In this document: piece after piece, positions 11,614-21,397 of the stretch | Numbering within the stretch: position 1 is the first letter of the stretch | Layout of the letters: each line of letters starts with the position of its first letter | Source: Gammaproteobacteria bacterium | GTDB lineage: Bacteria; Pseudomonadota; Gammaproteobacteria; BTQY01 | NCBI GenBank assembly: GCA_036986115.1 | Contig: BTQY01000006.1 | Span: 150 to 64,149, forward strand | Length of the DNA: 64,000 nt | Reading direction: 5' to 3' | The notes under the pieces: generated by a model | Database searches by the model: none | Seen by the model: the letters and a program-made list of their open reading frames with translations, nothing else | What the model was told of the DNA's origin: nothing | Translations under genes and position numbers: made by a program

Positions 11614-12135
11614 TCAGGACTTCCTGCTTTTGTCGTCAATTACAATGTTGCAGGGTGTATTACTGTTGCGATGGTCAGCACTTGCATTTTGTGTTGTCGT
11701 ACTGCCACGAACACCCTTTTTCACAGTTTGGTCATGCATACCGTTTTGTGTGATCTGTCCATGCATTCCATTCTGTGTGCTTTGCCGGGTGGGTTGTCCC
11801 ATCATGCCGCCCTGCGTGGCCTGTCCGTGCATTCCATTCTGCGTGCTTTGCCGGGTGGTTTGTCCCATCATGCCACCCATCATACCGCCCTGTGCGGGTT
11901 GTCCCATCATGCCGCCCTGCGTGGTTCTCCGGGTGGTTTGTCCCATCATGCCAGCCTGCGTGGCCTGTCCGTGCATTCCATTTTGTGTGGTTTTCTGGGT
12001 TGTTTGTCCCATCGAACCACCACCATGATGGTCGTCACTGTGTCCGGTATTTTCTGCTAAGGCCACTGATCCGACTGCCAGGCCTAAACCGGCAACTGCG
12101 CCGATAAGATATGCAGATAATGTTTTTCTGTTCAT
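11614..12135 (-). CDS. periplasmic methionine-rich tandem-repeat protein (putative Cu(I)-binding, PcoE/CopK-like in composition)
   Basis: Signal peptide MNRKTLSAYLIGAVAGLGLAVGSVALA; His-rich HSDDHHGGG; at least 6 degenerate repeats of MGQ[TP]T[RQ]xxTQNGMHGQATQ[AG]GMMGQ. Confidence 0.7.
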   Translation of the reverse strand: MNRKTLSAYLIGAVAGLGLAVGSVALAENTGHSDDHHGGGSMGQTTQKTTQNGMHGQATQAGMMGQTTRRTTQGGMMGQPAQGGMMGGMMGQTTRQSTQNGMHGQATQGGMMGQPTRQSTQNGMHGQITQNGMHDQTVKKGVRGSTTTQNASADHRNSNTPCNIVIDDKSRKS

Positions 12136-12234
12136 GATATTTCTCCTTTTGTTTAAGATGATTATTCAATAAAATCATTGTTTCTCGGTTATTATTTAAG
12201 CATTCTCTTGTAACTGGCGAGTGTCTGTAACAGA

Positions 12235-12293
12235 GATTTTTGTAACACACTTTATCTGGCCGGGCTCTGTTACAATACGTTACAAGGTTATAC
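12235..12293. promoter_or_regulatory. candidate operator in a divergent promoter: TGTAACA direct repeats plus inverted TGTTACA/GTTACA
   Basis: TGTAACA at 12235 and 12250 (15-bp period); TGTTACA at 12277 and GTTACA at 12288; lies between the Met-rich gene (-) and the response regulator (+). Confidence 0.4.
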
Positions 12294-12327
12294 TGACTTG
12301 CAGGGCGTAAAACGCTAAAAAGAAACT

Positions 12328-13062
12328 ATGGATAACCAGCAACACAAAGACCATATTCTGGTCGTCGATGATGATGCCGAGATTCGCCAGTTATTAAAGG
12401 CCTATCTTGAAAAGCATGGTCTGCGCGCCAGTACTGCAGAAAACGGCACTGCCATGTGGGAGGCACTCAACAAGTCGAGTATTGATTTGATTGTGCTGGA
12501 TCTGATGATGCCTGGCGAAGATGGGCTGGTACTGTGCCGCAAGCTGCGTATCGATTCGCATACGCCTATTATTATGCTCACCGCCCTGGGTGAAGAGACG
12601 GATAGAATTGTCGGTCTGGAAATAGGTGCGGATGACTACCTGACAAAACCCTTTAACCCGCGAGAACTACTGGCACGCATCAACAGTGTATTGCGTCGGG
12701 CGCGCGCATTACCCGATAGCGCTCTGCAATCCGAGCCCGTAGGACAATTACATTTTGCCGGCCTGACGCTCGATACAGTGGCCCGCCACCTGATTTCTGC
12801 CGAGGGCGTAGTTATATCTCTAAGCGGCGGTGAATACCGCCTGTTGCGCGCATTTCTGGATCGTCCAAACCGCGTGATGAGCCGCGACCAGTTGCTGGAG
12901 CTGGTCAGCGGCAAAGAAGCTGTGCCTTTTGACCGCAGCATTGATGTGCAGGTTGGGCGACTGCGCAAGCGTCTTGGCGATGACAGTCGCGAGCCACGAC
13001 TGATTAAAACCGTACGCAGTGCCGGTTATGTCTTTACTGCAAATGTAGAAGAACAAAGCTGA
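12328..13062 (+). CDS. OmpR-family response regulator (receiver + winged helix)
   Basis: VVDDD, LDLMMPGEDG, KPFNPRELLARI and RSAGYVF closely match OmpR/CusR-family regulators. Confidence 0.9.
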   Translation: MDNQQHKDHILVVDDDAEIRQLLKAYLEKHGLRASTAENGTAMWEALNKSSIDLIVLDLMMPGEDGLVLCRKLRIDSHTPIIMLTALGEETDRIVGLEIGADDYLTKPFNPRELLARINSVLRRARALPDSALQSEPVGQLHFAGLTLDTVARHLISAEGVVISLSGGEYRLLRAFLDRPNRVMSRDQLLELVSGKEAVPFDRSIDVQVGRLRKRLGDDSREPRLIKTVRSAGYVFTANVEEQS

Positions 13063-14456
13063 TGCGTTTGTTACCGCAATCATTGTTCGGCCGGCTGGCA
13101 CTTATCTTGTTGTCCGGCTTGTTGCTGGCGCAATTACTAAGTACCCTGTTGCAGTTTCACGATCGTGGTCAACGGCTGTTTCAGGCCAGCGGCATGCAAA
13201 GTGCGGAACGCATCGCCGAGATCGTTCGCCTGCTTGATGAAGAAGACCTTGTAGACAGGCAACGGCTGGTCGCCATACTGAATGTCCCGCCATTAAAAGT
13301 ATCGTTAGCTACACCGGTTTGGCCAGACCAGCAACCCTTCATTGAAGAATCACCCAGCACTGAATTTCGTAATCGTCTGCAAGGCCTGCTGGGCAATCGT
13401 TATCCCATACATGTTGCCGTTAGCGATCAAACCGTGAAGAGTACTCTGAATGAAGACGGCGGCCACATGATGAATATGGAAAACATGGGAATGGGGGTGG
13501 GCATGACCGCGCCAGAGGCGCTGGTATTTCTTGCCCAGGTACAATTAGATGATGGCACCTGGGTGACATTTGAAAACCGGATTGATGATGAGATTTTCGC
13601 AAGCTCAACAGCGCTGTTAATAAATCTGGCAGTATTAATTATTATCGTGCTGTTGGTGTCATTGATTGCCGTGCGTCTGGCAACCCGGCCACTGACGTTG
13701 CTGGCAAAGCAGGCCGATAAGCTCGGCAGCGACATTAACCAGCCGCCCATGGCGGAAACTGGCTCGACTGAAATGCGCCACGCCAGCCATGCCTTCAACA
13801 CGATGCAAAGCCGGCTACAACGCTTTATTGAAGACCGAAGTCTCTTGCTGACTGCTATCTCGCACGATCTAAAAACACCGATCACACGCATGCGCTTGCG
13901 CGCCGAAATGCTTGATGATGCCGAGCAACGCGATAACTTCACTCGTAATCTTGATGAGATGCAGGCCATTGCAAGTGAAACACTGGATTTTTTGCGTGCC
14001 GACGATGCCCGTGAAAACGTACAGGCTGTCGACATCTGTATGCTTTTGGAGACCATAAAAGATGATGCTGCTGAACTTGGTCAAAAAGTTGAGATTGAAC
14101 ATTGCCAGTTAAACCCCTACCCGGCACGACCGCAGGCATTAAAACGTTGTATTGTTAACCTAGTTGAGAATGCCCGCAAATATGCCGGGAATGCTGTTAT
14201 AACTGCCCGTGAAAGTGACACCGCAGTATTGATTAGCATTTGTGATTCCGGGCCGGGTATTCCCGAACAACAGCTCAAGAGTGTCTTTGAGCCGTTCTTT
14301 CGTCTGGAGACATCACGTAGTCGCAAAACCGGTGGCACCGGATTGGGCTTGAGCATTGCACGCAATATTGCGCTGTCACATGGCGGCGATTTACAACTTG
14401 TCAATCGCAAGGAAGGTGGACTCAAGGCCACCCTGACATTACTGCTCCACACATAA
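13062..14456 (+). CDS. EnvZ-family sensor histidine kinase with a Met-rich periplasmic loop
   Basis: 2 TM helices; periplasmic GGHMMNMENMGMGVGM; HAMP; H-box SHDLKTPITRMRL; N/G1/G2 boxes (NLVENARKYAG, DSGPGIP, GGTGLGLSIA); TGATG overlap with the regulator gene. Confidence 0.9.
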   Translation: MRLLPQSLFGRLALILLSGLLLAQLLSTLLQFHDRGQRLFQASGMQSAERIAEIVRLLDEEDLVDRQRLVAILNVPPLKVSLATPVWPDQQPFIEESPSTEFRNRLQGLLGNRYPIHVAVSDQTVKSTLNEDGGHMMNMENMGMGVGMTAPEALVFLAQVQLDDGTWVTFENRIDDEIFASSTALLINLAVLIIIVLLVSLIAVRLATRPLTLLAKQADKLGSDINQPPMAETGSTEMRHASHAFNTMQSRLQRFIEDRSLLLTAISHDLKTPITRMRLRAEMLDDAEQRDNFTRNLDEMQAIASETLDFLRADDARENVQAVDICMLLETIKDDAAELGQKVEIEHCQLNPYPARPQALKRCIVNLVENARKYAGNAVITARESDTAVLISICDSGPGIPEQQLKSVFEPFFRLETSRSRKTGGTGLGLSIARNIALSHGGDLQLVNRKEGGLKATLTLLLHT

Positions 14457-14527
14457 ATCTATGCAGGATATTCTGTACTGGTATACCGGCTGGGGCACCG
14501 CCACTATCCCAGCCTGATCAAGGGGCT

Positions 14528-15466
14528 TCACACTCCGCAATTGCTCGCACCACCAAGCTGCGCACTTGGTAACAGGCCAGCCTGGACCATCGGCTTGTGT
14601 ATATTCTTCTGCCACCCACCGATGGATGATTGTTCTCTGGCCAGGATCGTCTTGGCGGCAATCTCGTTCCAGGATTTATTCTTTAATTTCCGGTAATAAT
14701 AGGCCATCTCGATATATTCACTGGTATACCAGAAGCTGTTGGCGTTCCGGCCAATGTTATAAAGTTCATCGATACTGGCACCCTGAGACGCCGCAAGTTC
14801 ATAGAGTCCGAGCAACGCGGAGCCATGGTTGCAGTCCTGGAAAAAGGTGTCGTTATTGCAACATGGCCGGTAACTGTTTTTCGCTACTTCGAGAACCCTG
14901 GTCTCCTGCTCGCTGGTCAGATCTATGGCAGAGACCTTGTTAAAGTAACCCCCGCCGTTGCGCGCTTTACCCAGGACCCATCCACCCGTGCTCGCAAAGC
15001 GGCCGACCTGTGGGCCATAGAGCTTGCTTTTCTCATTAAACTGGGTCTTTGTGGCCATTCCGAGTGGCCACATGAGATTGAGCATATACGGCGCCGTCTG
15101 AAAACTCATCGTGATTGGTTTGGATGAAGGCTGAGTGAATAATTCCTGGACCCATGTCGGAAGGCCGCCCCGTTTGGCGTACACAAGCCTGAATTTTCGC
15201 GGGGAAATAACACCGGCTTTTACCAGTCGTTGTATGGAATCGCCGAATGATACATCCAGTGTATGCCCTTCCAGTGGCAATACCTCACGGGACATCCTGC
15301 CCAGAGCGGCAGTTTGTTTGCCTTTGACATACATTAAAAATCTTGTGCTGTTACTGGCCCAGAATAACGAGCCTGCAACGCCCCCCAGGACTCCAACACC
15401 GAGCGCGGCTGAGGTAGATATAAGGAAACGCCGTTTAGAGTTAGAGGGTTGTCCGGTATTCTTCAT
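14528..15466 (-). CDS. Tat-signal protein of unknown function (conserved CCNNDTFFQDCNHG motif)
   Basis: KRRFLISTSAALGVGVLGG twin-arginine motif; 312 aa; no family recognised. Confidence 0.5.
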   Translation of the reverse strand: MKNTGQPSNSKRRFLISTSAALGVGVLGGVAGSLFWASNSTRFLMYVKGKQTAALGRMSREVLPLEGHTLDVSFGDSIQRLVKAGVISPRKFRLVYAKRGGLPTWVQELFTQPSSKPITMSFQTAPYMLNLMWPLGMATKTQFNEKSKLYGPQVGRFASTGGWVLGKARNGGGYFNKVSAIDLTSEQETRVLEVAKNSYRPCCNNDTFFQDCNHGSALLGLYELAASQGASIDELYNIGRNANSFWYTSEYIEMAYYYRKLKNKSWNEIAAKTILAREQSSIGGWQKNIHKPMVQAGLLPSAQLGGASNCGV

Positions 15467-15619
15467 GTAATACTCCGCGTATCAGGATAATGAATAACAT
15501 CTGTAAAGTGTAGCTTCTCGATAATGCTTTTCCAGTGATTTAAACAGCGAAAGATCATTCAAATAAGTGGCTTGAGTGAGTCGAAGGTACATCAATGGAG
15601 AGCCGATCTACTACAATAA

Positions 15620-17035
15620 TTACCTGCCCTTTTTCTTCATGCGCTTCATGCTGCGCTTCTTCTTATCGACCTGTCGTTTACTCAAGACATTCTTGCGGTC
15701 CTTGTATGGGTTGTCGCTGGACTTGAATTCAATGCGCACTGGTGTGCCGGACAGTTTCATTGCCTTGCGGTAACAATTCATTAGGTAGCGCTTGTAGGCC
15801 GCCGGAACACTCTTCACCTGATTGCCGTGAATCACAATAATCGGCGGGTTCTGGCCTCCCTGATGGGCATAGCGCAGTTTAATGCGTCTGCCCCTCACCA
15901 GTGGCGGCTGGTGTGCGATCACGGCATCTTCCAGTACGCGAGTCAGCTGTGGCGTTGGCATGCTCCTGATAGCGCTGTGATAGGCATTCAGAACCGAATC
16001 AAACAGGTTACCGACACCGCTGCCGTGCAGCGCCGAGATAAAATGAATATCGGCATAGTCGATGAAGGCCAGTCGTCGATGCAATTCATCTTTGATACGT
16101 TCCTTGTCATGCGTGTCCATGCCATCCCATTTGTTCACGGCAATCACCAACGCACGGCCGGTGTCCATAATGTAACCGAGCAAATGCATGTCATGATCGG
16201 TGATACCGACCCGGGCATCCAGTATCAGGATCGCGACATTGGCGCTATCGATCGCCTGTAATGTCTTTATAATACTGAACTTTTCTATTTTTTCGGTGAC
16301 CCTGGCACGGCGCCTGACGCCAGCAGTGTCGATAATAGTGTATTCCTCGCCATCGCGCACGAATGGGATATATATGCTGTCTCGAGTGGTCCCGGCCTGG
16401 TCGAACACCACTACGCGTTCTTCGCCGAGAATACGATTCACCAGCGTCGACTTACCTGCATTCGGTCGCCCGGCAATCGCAATGCTGATACCTTTAACCA
16501 GAGTCTGGTCAATCTCTTCGCTTGCCAGTTCCGGGACCTGCAACGGGATAACTTCTTCGAAGACATGCTCCAGCAGATCCTTGACCCCGTGACCATGGGC
16601 GGAAGCAATCGCCTGTGGTTGGCCAAGTCCGAGTGCATGAAAGTCTGCGATCGCGAGCTGTTTCTCCAGATGCTCGGTTTTGTTGACGACCAGTACAACA
16701 GGCTTGCCGGTTTGCCGCAGTTGCCGGGCAATCGCTTCATCATCGGCCGAGATACCACTGCGACCATCGACCAGTAACAGACTGACATCGGCTTCCATGA
16801 CCGCCTGCATTGCCTGCCCGGCGATCAGTGAATCGATATCCAGCTTCTCGCCACTGAGTCCGCCGGTATCGATGGCAATAAAGTGGCGATCATGGGCCTT
16901 GCCGGTTCCGTATTGACGATCCCGGGTCAGCCCCGGCTCATCAGCGACCAGAGCCTCGCGACTTGCCGTGAGCTTGTTAAATAACGTCGACTTGCCGACG
17001 TTTGGCCTTCCGACAAGTGCGATGACAGGTAACAT
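15620..17035 (-). CDS. der: ribosome-associated GTPase Der (EngA) with Lys-rich C-terminal tail
   Basis: Two GTPase domains GRPNVGKST and GRPNAGKST; KH-like C-terminus. Confidence 0.95.
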   Translation of the reverse strand: MLPVIALVGRPNVGKSTLFNKLTASREALVADEPGLTRDRQYGTGKAHDRHFIAIDTGGLSGEKLDIDSLIAGQAMQAVMEADVSLLLVDGRSGISADDEAIARQLRQTGKPVVLVVNKTEHLEKQLAIADFHALGLGQPQAIASAHGHGVKDLLEHVFEEVIPLQVPELASEEIDQTLVKGISIAIAGRPNAGKSTLVNRILGEERVVVFDQAGTTRDSIYIPFVRDGEEYTIIDTAGVRRRARVTEKIEKFSIIKTLQAIDSANVAILILDARVGITDHDMHLLGYIMDTGRALVIAVNKWDGMDTHDKERIKDELHRRLAFIDYADIHFISALHGSGVGNLFDSVLNAYHSAIRSMPTPQLTRVLEDAVIAHQPPLVRGRRIKLRYAHQGGQNPPIIVIHGNQVKSVPAAYKRYLMNCYRKAMKLSGTPVRIEFKSSDNPYKDRKNVLSKRQVDKKKRSMKRMKKKGR

Positions 17036-17071
17036 GGCTCAACAAAGGCAGTGAGATTATGGTTGACGCGC

Positions 17072-18253
17072 TTAACGGACCTTGTAGGCCGCCAGGGTCC
17101 CCGCCTCGCTGACAACATACAATATATCGTCCTTGACGATGGGCGGTGCAATAATCGCTGAGTCATCCACCTTGACCCGCGCCACAAAGCGACCGTCTTC
17201 CTTGGACATCCAGTGCAAATAGCCTTCGAGGTCGCCGACAACCACATAAGGACCGAATGAGGCCGGTGCTGTCACTTTACGGGCCTTGAGCCTGGTCTGA
17301 CGCCACAATGATGCACTGGAACGACGATCCAGCGACCAGACATAGCTTTGATCATCACTGACATACAGATATTTATTGTCTTTGCTGATACCGGCATGTG
17401 ATGACATGTCTTTTCGCCAATACACCTGACCAGTGGTCGAGGCGATGGTGGCTATCTTACCCTGAAAAGTCACTGCATGCACAACTTGATCATCGACCAG
17501 TGGGTCAGAATCGATATCCACGATACGCTCCAGTTCGGAACGACCCCTTGGTACGGTCACCCTTGCGGTCCATAACGTCTTGCCAGACTTTATTTCAATG
17601 GCCGAGACCTTGCCATCGGAAAACCCAACAAAGGCGGCACCGCGGTACATCACCGGCGAACTCATGCCTCGCAGTGACAATAACGGCACAAATCGTTGCG
17701 TAATCCAGATCTGTTTGCCAGTATCTGAATCCAGCCCGGTCAGCTTGCCATCGATGGTACGCACGATCACGACACCATCATCTGATCGCGGGCTTGCGAG
17801 TACTTCAGTAGAAACCTTTGATGTCCATAGCACCTTACCGGTATTTTCATCCAGGGCCACCACTTCCGCATTACTGGTACCGACATAAACTTTTCCATCG
17901 CCACTGCCTGGCCCGCCACTGATAGCAAGTTTGCTATCTATATCCCAGATCGTACTGCCGCTGGCAGCATCACGTGCGCTGACACGTCCATCTGCACCGG
18001 CAGTAAATATTTTTCCATAATCGGCCAGTGGTGCCAGCTTCAGGTATTTTTCCTTGGTGCCTGCACCGATATTGGCTGACCAGATACGCTGAACATTGGC
18101 CGTGGTGTTGATGTCCACCAGTGGTGTCGGTGGCTCGGCATTATCCTTACCGGAAAAAAATTCATCCGACATCTCAGAGACCGTCTCACAACCACTGATA
18201 AGTCCGAGCGAAACAATAAAGAGCAATAAGAAGATATTACGCAGGCTTAACAT
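17072..18253 (-). CDS. bamB: outer membrane protein assembly factor BamB (PQQ beta-propeller lipoprotein)
   Basis: Lipobox LISGC; repeated PQQ-like blades. Confidence 0.85.
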   Translation of the reverse strand: MLSLRNIFLLLFIVSLGLISGCETVSEMSDEFFSGKDNAEPPTPLVDINTTANVQRIWSANIGAGTKEKYLKLAPLADYGKIFTAGADGRVSARDAASGSTIWDIDSKLAISGGPGSGDGKVYVGTSNAEVVALDENTGKVLWTSKVSTEVLASPRSDDGVVIVRTIDGKLTGLDSDTGKQIWITQRFVPLLSLRGMSSPVMYRGAAFVGFSDGKVSAIEIKSGKTLWTARVTVPRGRSELERIVDIDSDPLVDDQVVHAVTFQGKIATIASTTGQVYWRKDMSSHAGISKDNKYLYVSDDQSYVWSLDRRSSASLWRQTRLKARKVTAPASFGPYVVVGDLEGYLHWMSKEDGRFVARVKVDDSAIIAPPIVKDDILYVVSEAGTLAAYKVR

Positions 18254-18270
18254 GCTATGTCTCCAGCCTC

Positions 18271-18894
18271 CTACAGGCTATCCAGTTTCATCTGAACCAG
18301 GGCACGGTTGGTGCTATTCAGATCCGGCATGGCCAGCGCCTTTTGATAGGCGTTGCGGGCATTTTCCACATCCTTCATTGCCACATAGATGTCCCCCTCG
18401 AGAGTCGCATACGATGCTTCAAACCCTTGAGATTCAACACCTTTTATCAATTTCATGGCCTCGCTGGCCTGCTCCTGTGCGAGCTTCACCCGCGCCAGAC
18501 GCAACCTGGCCACATTCACCATGGGCACCTGTCCGGCATGCTCCATTGCCCACACCAGATTGCTCTCGGCGCGAGCATAATCTTCTTTATCAACGGCCTG
18601 TCGTGCCAGTGCCATCGCGGCCAGCGCCGCATAAGGGGTCCGCTGAAATTCCTCCTTCAGGCGAATTCCAAATCCCTGGGCTGTGTCTTCCAGACCCTTT
18701 TGAAGGTCGGACAACATCTGGTTAAAAAGTACCGATGCCGTCGCGGCCTGATTATGCTGATAATTTTCATAATAACGCCAGCCTGTCACCAGGGCGGCAC
18801 CGATAACCAGCCCAATCAAAATGGACTTGCTATACTCGGTCCACCACTTCTTGATTGCCTCGACCTGTTCGTCTTCTGTTTCGTAACCTTCCAC
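18271..18894 (-). CDS. yfgM: YfgM-family ancillary SecYEG subunit (TPR-like)
   Basis: Single TM after the KKWWTEYSKS N-terminus, then TPR-like region; position between hisS and bamB. Confidence 0.8.
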   Translation of the reverse strand: MEGYETEDEQVEAIKKWWTEYSKSILIGLVIGAALVTGWRYYENYQHNQAATASVLFNQMLSDLQKGLEDTAQGFGIRLKEEFQRTPYAALAAMALARQAVDKEDYARAESNLVWAMEHAGQVPMVNVARLRLARVKLAQEQASEAMKLIKGVESQGFEASYATLEGDIYVAMKDVENARNAYQKALAMPDLNSTNRALVQMKLDSL

Positions 18895-18918
18895 TACTTA
18901 ATCCTCACTTGTTGCAAC

Positions 18919-20193
18919 TTAATTAAGAATAAATTCCTGCAGATATTTTTCCACGTCGTCATGCGATAACTGTTGCTGGTCATCATCACTGCGCAGTGGC
19001 TTTATTGAAATAACCCCGTTGGCGATCTCATCGTCTCCAATAATCAACGCCAAACTTGCACCACTCTTGTCTGCCTTTTTAAACTGGCTCTTGTAGCTGC
19101 CGCCGCCACAATGCATGACGATCTTTAATCCCGGTACCGAGGTGCGGAGTGAATCCACCAGCTTGAAACCAGCCGACTGCGCCTCGTCACCCACCATCAC
19201 AAGATAGGCATGTGGCGAATTTTTTCCCGGGGCAACCCCTGTTTCCTCGAGCAAGGCCACCATGCGTTCAATACCAATGGCAAAACCCATGGCCGGTGTC
19301 TTTCTGCCACCCAGTTGTTCCACCAGGCCATCAAAGCGCCCGCCGGCGCAAATGGTCCCCTGTGCTCCCAGACTGTCCGTGATCCATTCAAAGACGGTCT
19401 TGCCGTAATAGTCGAGGCCTCTGACAAGTTTTGGGCTAATGTCATACCTGATACCAACATCATCCAGATAGCCCAGTAGTCGTTCAAAGTGCTGCTTCGA
19501 TTCCTCATCAAGGTGATCAATCATCACGGGGGCACTGGCAATGAGCTGCTTCATATCCGGGTTCTTACTGTCGAGGATCCGCATCGGGTTACTCTCAAGT
19601 CGCCTGACACTGTCGTCATCCAGCTCGTTGATATGGGCACGGTAATAATCGACCAGCACATCCTGGTATTCAGCCCGTGATTTACTGCTGCCAAGTGAAT
19701 TAATTTCCAGTCGCACATCCCTGATACCGAGCCTCTCCCATAAGCGTGCCGTCATCACGATATGTTCAGCATCGATGTCTGGCCCTTGCATCCCAAAGCA
19801 CTCCACGCCGGCCTGGTAAAACTGGCGATAGCGGCCTTTCTGCGGCCGTTCGTGCCGGAACATCGGTCCGCTATACCATAACCGGTGCACCTGATTATGC
19901 AGCAAACCATTTTCAATACAGGCACGCACACAACCGGCCGTGCCCTCCGGGCGCAGCGTCAGGCTGTCGCCATTGCGATCTTCAAAGGTATACATCTCCT
20001 TTTCCACGATATCGGTGACCTCACCGATAGAGCGCTTGAAGAGGTCTGTCTTCTCAAGCAGCGGCATCCTGATCTCCTGGTAACCATAGGACCCAAACAG
20101 ATCCTGCATGGTAGACTCCAGGGTCTGCCAGATATGCACCTGTTCTGGCAGGATGTCATGCATACCACGTATTGCCTGTATCTTACCGGCCAA
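18919..20193 (-). CDS. hisS: histidine--tRNA ligase
   Basis: Class II motifs: [21 protein letters not shown]. Confidence 0.95.
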   Translation of the reverse strand: MAGKIQAIRGMHDILPEQVHIWQTLESTMQDLFGSYGYQEIRMPLLEKTDLFKRSIGEVTDIVEKEMYTFEDRNGDSLTLRPEGTAGCVRACIENGLLHNQVHRLWYSGPMFRHERPQKGRYRQFYQAGVECFGMQGPDIDAEHIVMTARLWERLGIRDVRLEINSLGSSKSRAEYQDVLVDYYRAHINELDDDSVRRLESNPMRILDSKNPDMKQLIASAPVMIDHLDEESKQHFERLLGYLDDVGIRYDISPKLVRGLDYYGKTVFEWITDSLGAQGTICAGGRFDGLVEQLGGRKTPAMGFAIGIERMVALLEETGVAPGKNSPHAYLVMVGDEAQSAGFKLVDSLRTSVPGLKIVMHCGGGSYKSQFKKADKSGASLALIIGDDEIANGVISIKPLRSDDDQQQLSHDDVEKYLQEFILN

Positions 20194-20239
20194 TGTTTAA
20201 CTCCATTCTATCTATTATTGGGTGAACCTGTCAGATCAT

Positions 20240-21376
20240 TCAGGCACTGGCCTTTTCGACGACCATATCCTCTTCGGTGCTATTCAGATTCGTGTTTTTA
20301 TTCTTGTTTTCGATAAACTGACGGATGTTCTTTTCCAGCTCATCGAGTATTTCTTCATTGCTCACCTTATGATGCGGTGTACCATTGATATACAACAGGT
20401 TGGGTTGTCCCCCGGTCAGGCCGATATCCACTTCACGGGCCTCACCCGGTCCATTGACCACGCAACCGATCACAGCGACATCGACCGGCTCAAGGATATC
20501 CTCGAGTCGGGCCTCCAGTTCATTTACCATCTTGATGACATTAAAATTCTGTCGGGAACAGGAAGGACAGGCGATCAAATTGAGCCCCTTGCTGCGGATA
20601 TGCAGGCTCTTCAGGATATCAAAACCAACCTTGATCTCCTGCACCGGATCTGCCGCCAGCGACACGCGAATCGTGTCACCGATGCCCTCGGCCAGCAACA
20701 TGCCGAGCCCGATGGCCGACTTGACCGCCCCGGCGCGGGCACCACCAGCCTCAGTGATGCCGAGGTGCAATGGCTGTTCGATCTGTCCGGCCAGCTCACG
20801 GTAGGCCGCCACTGTGGTAAACACATCTGACGATTTCAGACTGATCTTGTATTCATGGAAATCATGCCGATCCAGGATATCCACATGACGTAATGCCGAC
20901 TCCACCAGCGCGCCCGGGGTCGGTTCAGCGTATTTCTTTTGCAGGTCCTTTTCCAGTGAACCGGCATTCACACCGATGCGGATCGGAATATTGTTGTCGC
21001 GCGCGGCACCAATCACTGCATTGACCCGGTCCTCGCGGCCGATATTACCCGGATTGATCCGCAGGCAATCAGCGCCAAGCTCGGCAACGCGCAGGGCGAT
21101 CCTGTAATCAAAATGGATATCAGTGATTAGTGGAATAACAACCCGCTGTTTTATCTTGCCAAAGGCCTCGGCCGCCTCCCGGGTCGGCACCGAGACACGC
21201 ACAATATCTGCGCCCACATCCTGCAATGAGCGGATCTGTGCCACCGTGGCATCGACATCACAGGTATCGGTGTTGGTCATGCTTTGCACCGTAATCGGTG
21301 CATCACCACCAACGGGCACATTACCGACCATGATCTGCCGGCTCTTGCGCCTCGGTATGGTGTGTTTAAAACTCAT
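20240..21376 (-). CDS. ispG: 4-hydroxy-3-methylbut-2-enyl diphosphate synthase
   Basis: GcpE: [14 protein letters not shown] Fe-S cysteines; TIM-barrel N-terminal domain. Confidence 0.95.
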   Translation of the reverse strand: MSFKHTIPRRKSRQIMVGNVPVGGDAPITVQSMTNTDTCDVDATVAQIRSLQDVGADIVRVSVPTREAAEAFGKIKQRVVIPLITDIHFDYRIALRVAELGADCLRINPGNIGREDRVNAVIGAARDNNIPIRIGVNAGSLEKDLQKKYAEPTPGALVESALRHVDILDRHDFHEYKISLKSSDVFTTVAAYRELAGQIEQPLHLGITEAGGARAGAVKSAIGLGMLLAEGIGDTIRVSLAADPVQEIKVGFDILKSLHIRSKGLNLIACPSCSRQNFNVIKMVNELEARLEDILEPVDVAVIGCVVNGPGEAREVDIGLTGGQPNLLYINGTPHHKVSNEEILDELEKNIRQFIENKNKNTNLNSTEEDMVVEKASA

Positions 21377-21397
21377 CGTGTATCACTCTCAATATTG

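Noticed and set aside
11525-12107. Three long '+' strand ORFs (167/166/110 aa) rich in Cys/Pro repeats
   Set aside because: They are antisense shadows of the Met-rich repeat gene on the minus strand (11614-12135). The periodicity comes from the same DNA repeat; they have no start context and overlap one another.
12328-14456. Calling the two-component system the osmoregulatory ompR/envZ pair
   Set aside because: Sequence similarity to OmpR/EnvZ is high. However, the genomic context (divergent from MCO/Met-rich genes) and the Met-rich periplasmic loop argue for a metal-responsive paralogue, so I left the gene symbols blank.
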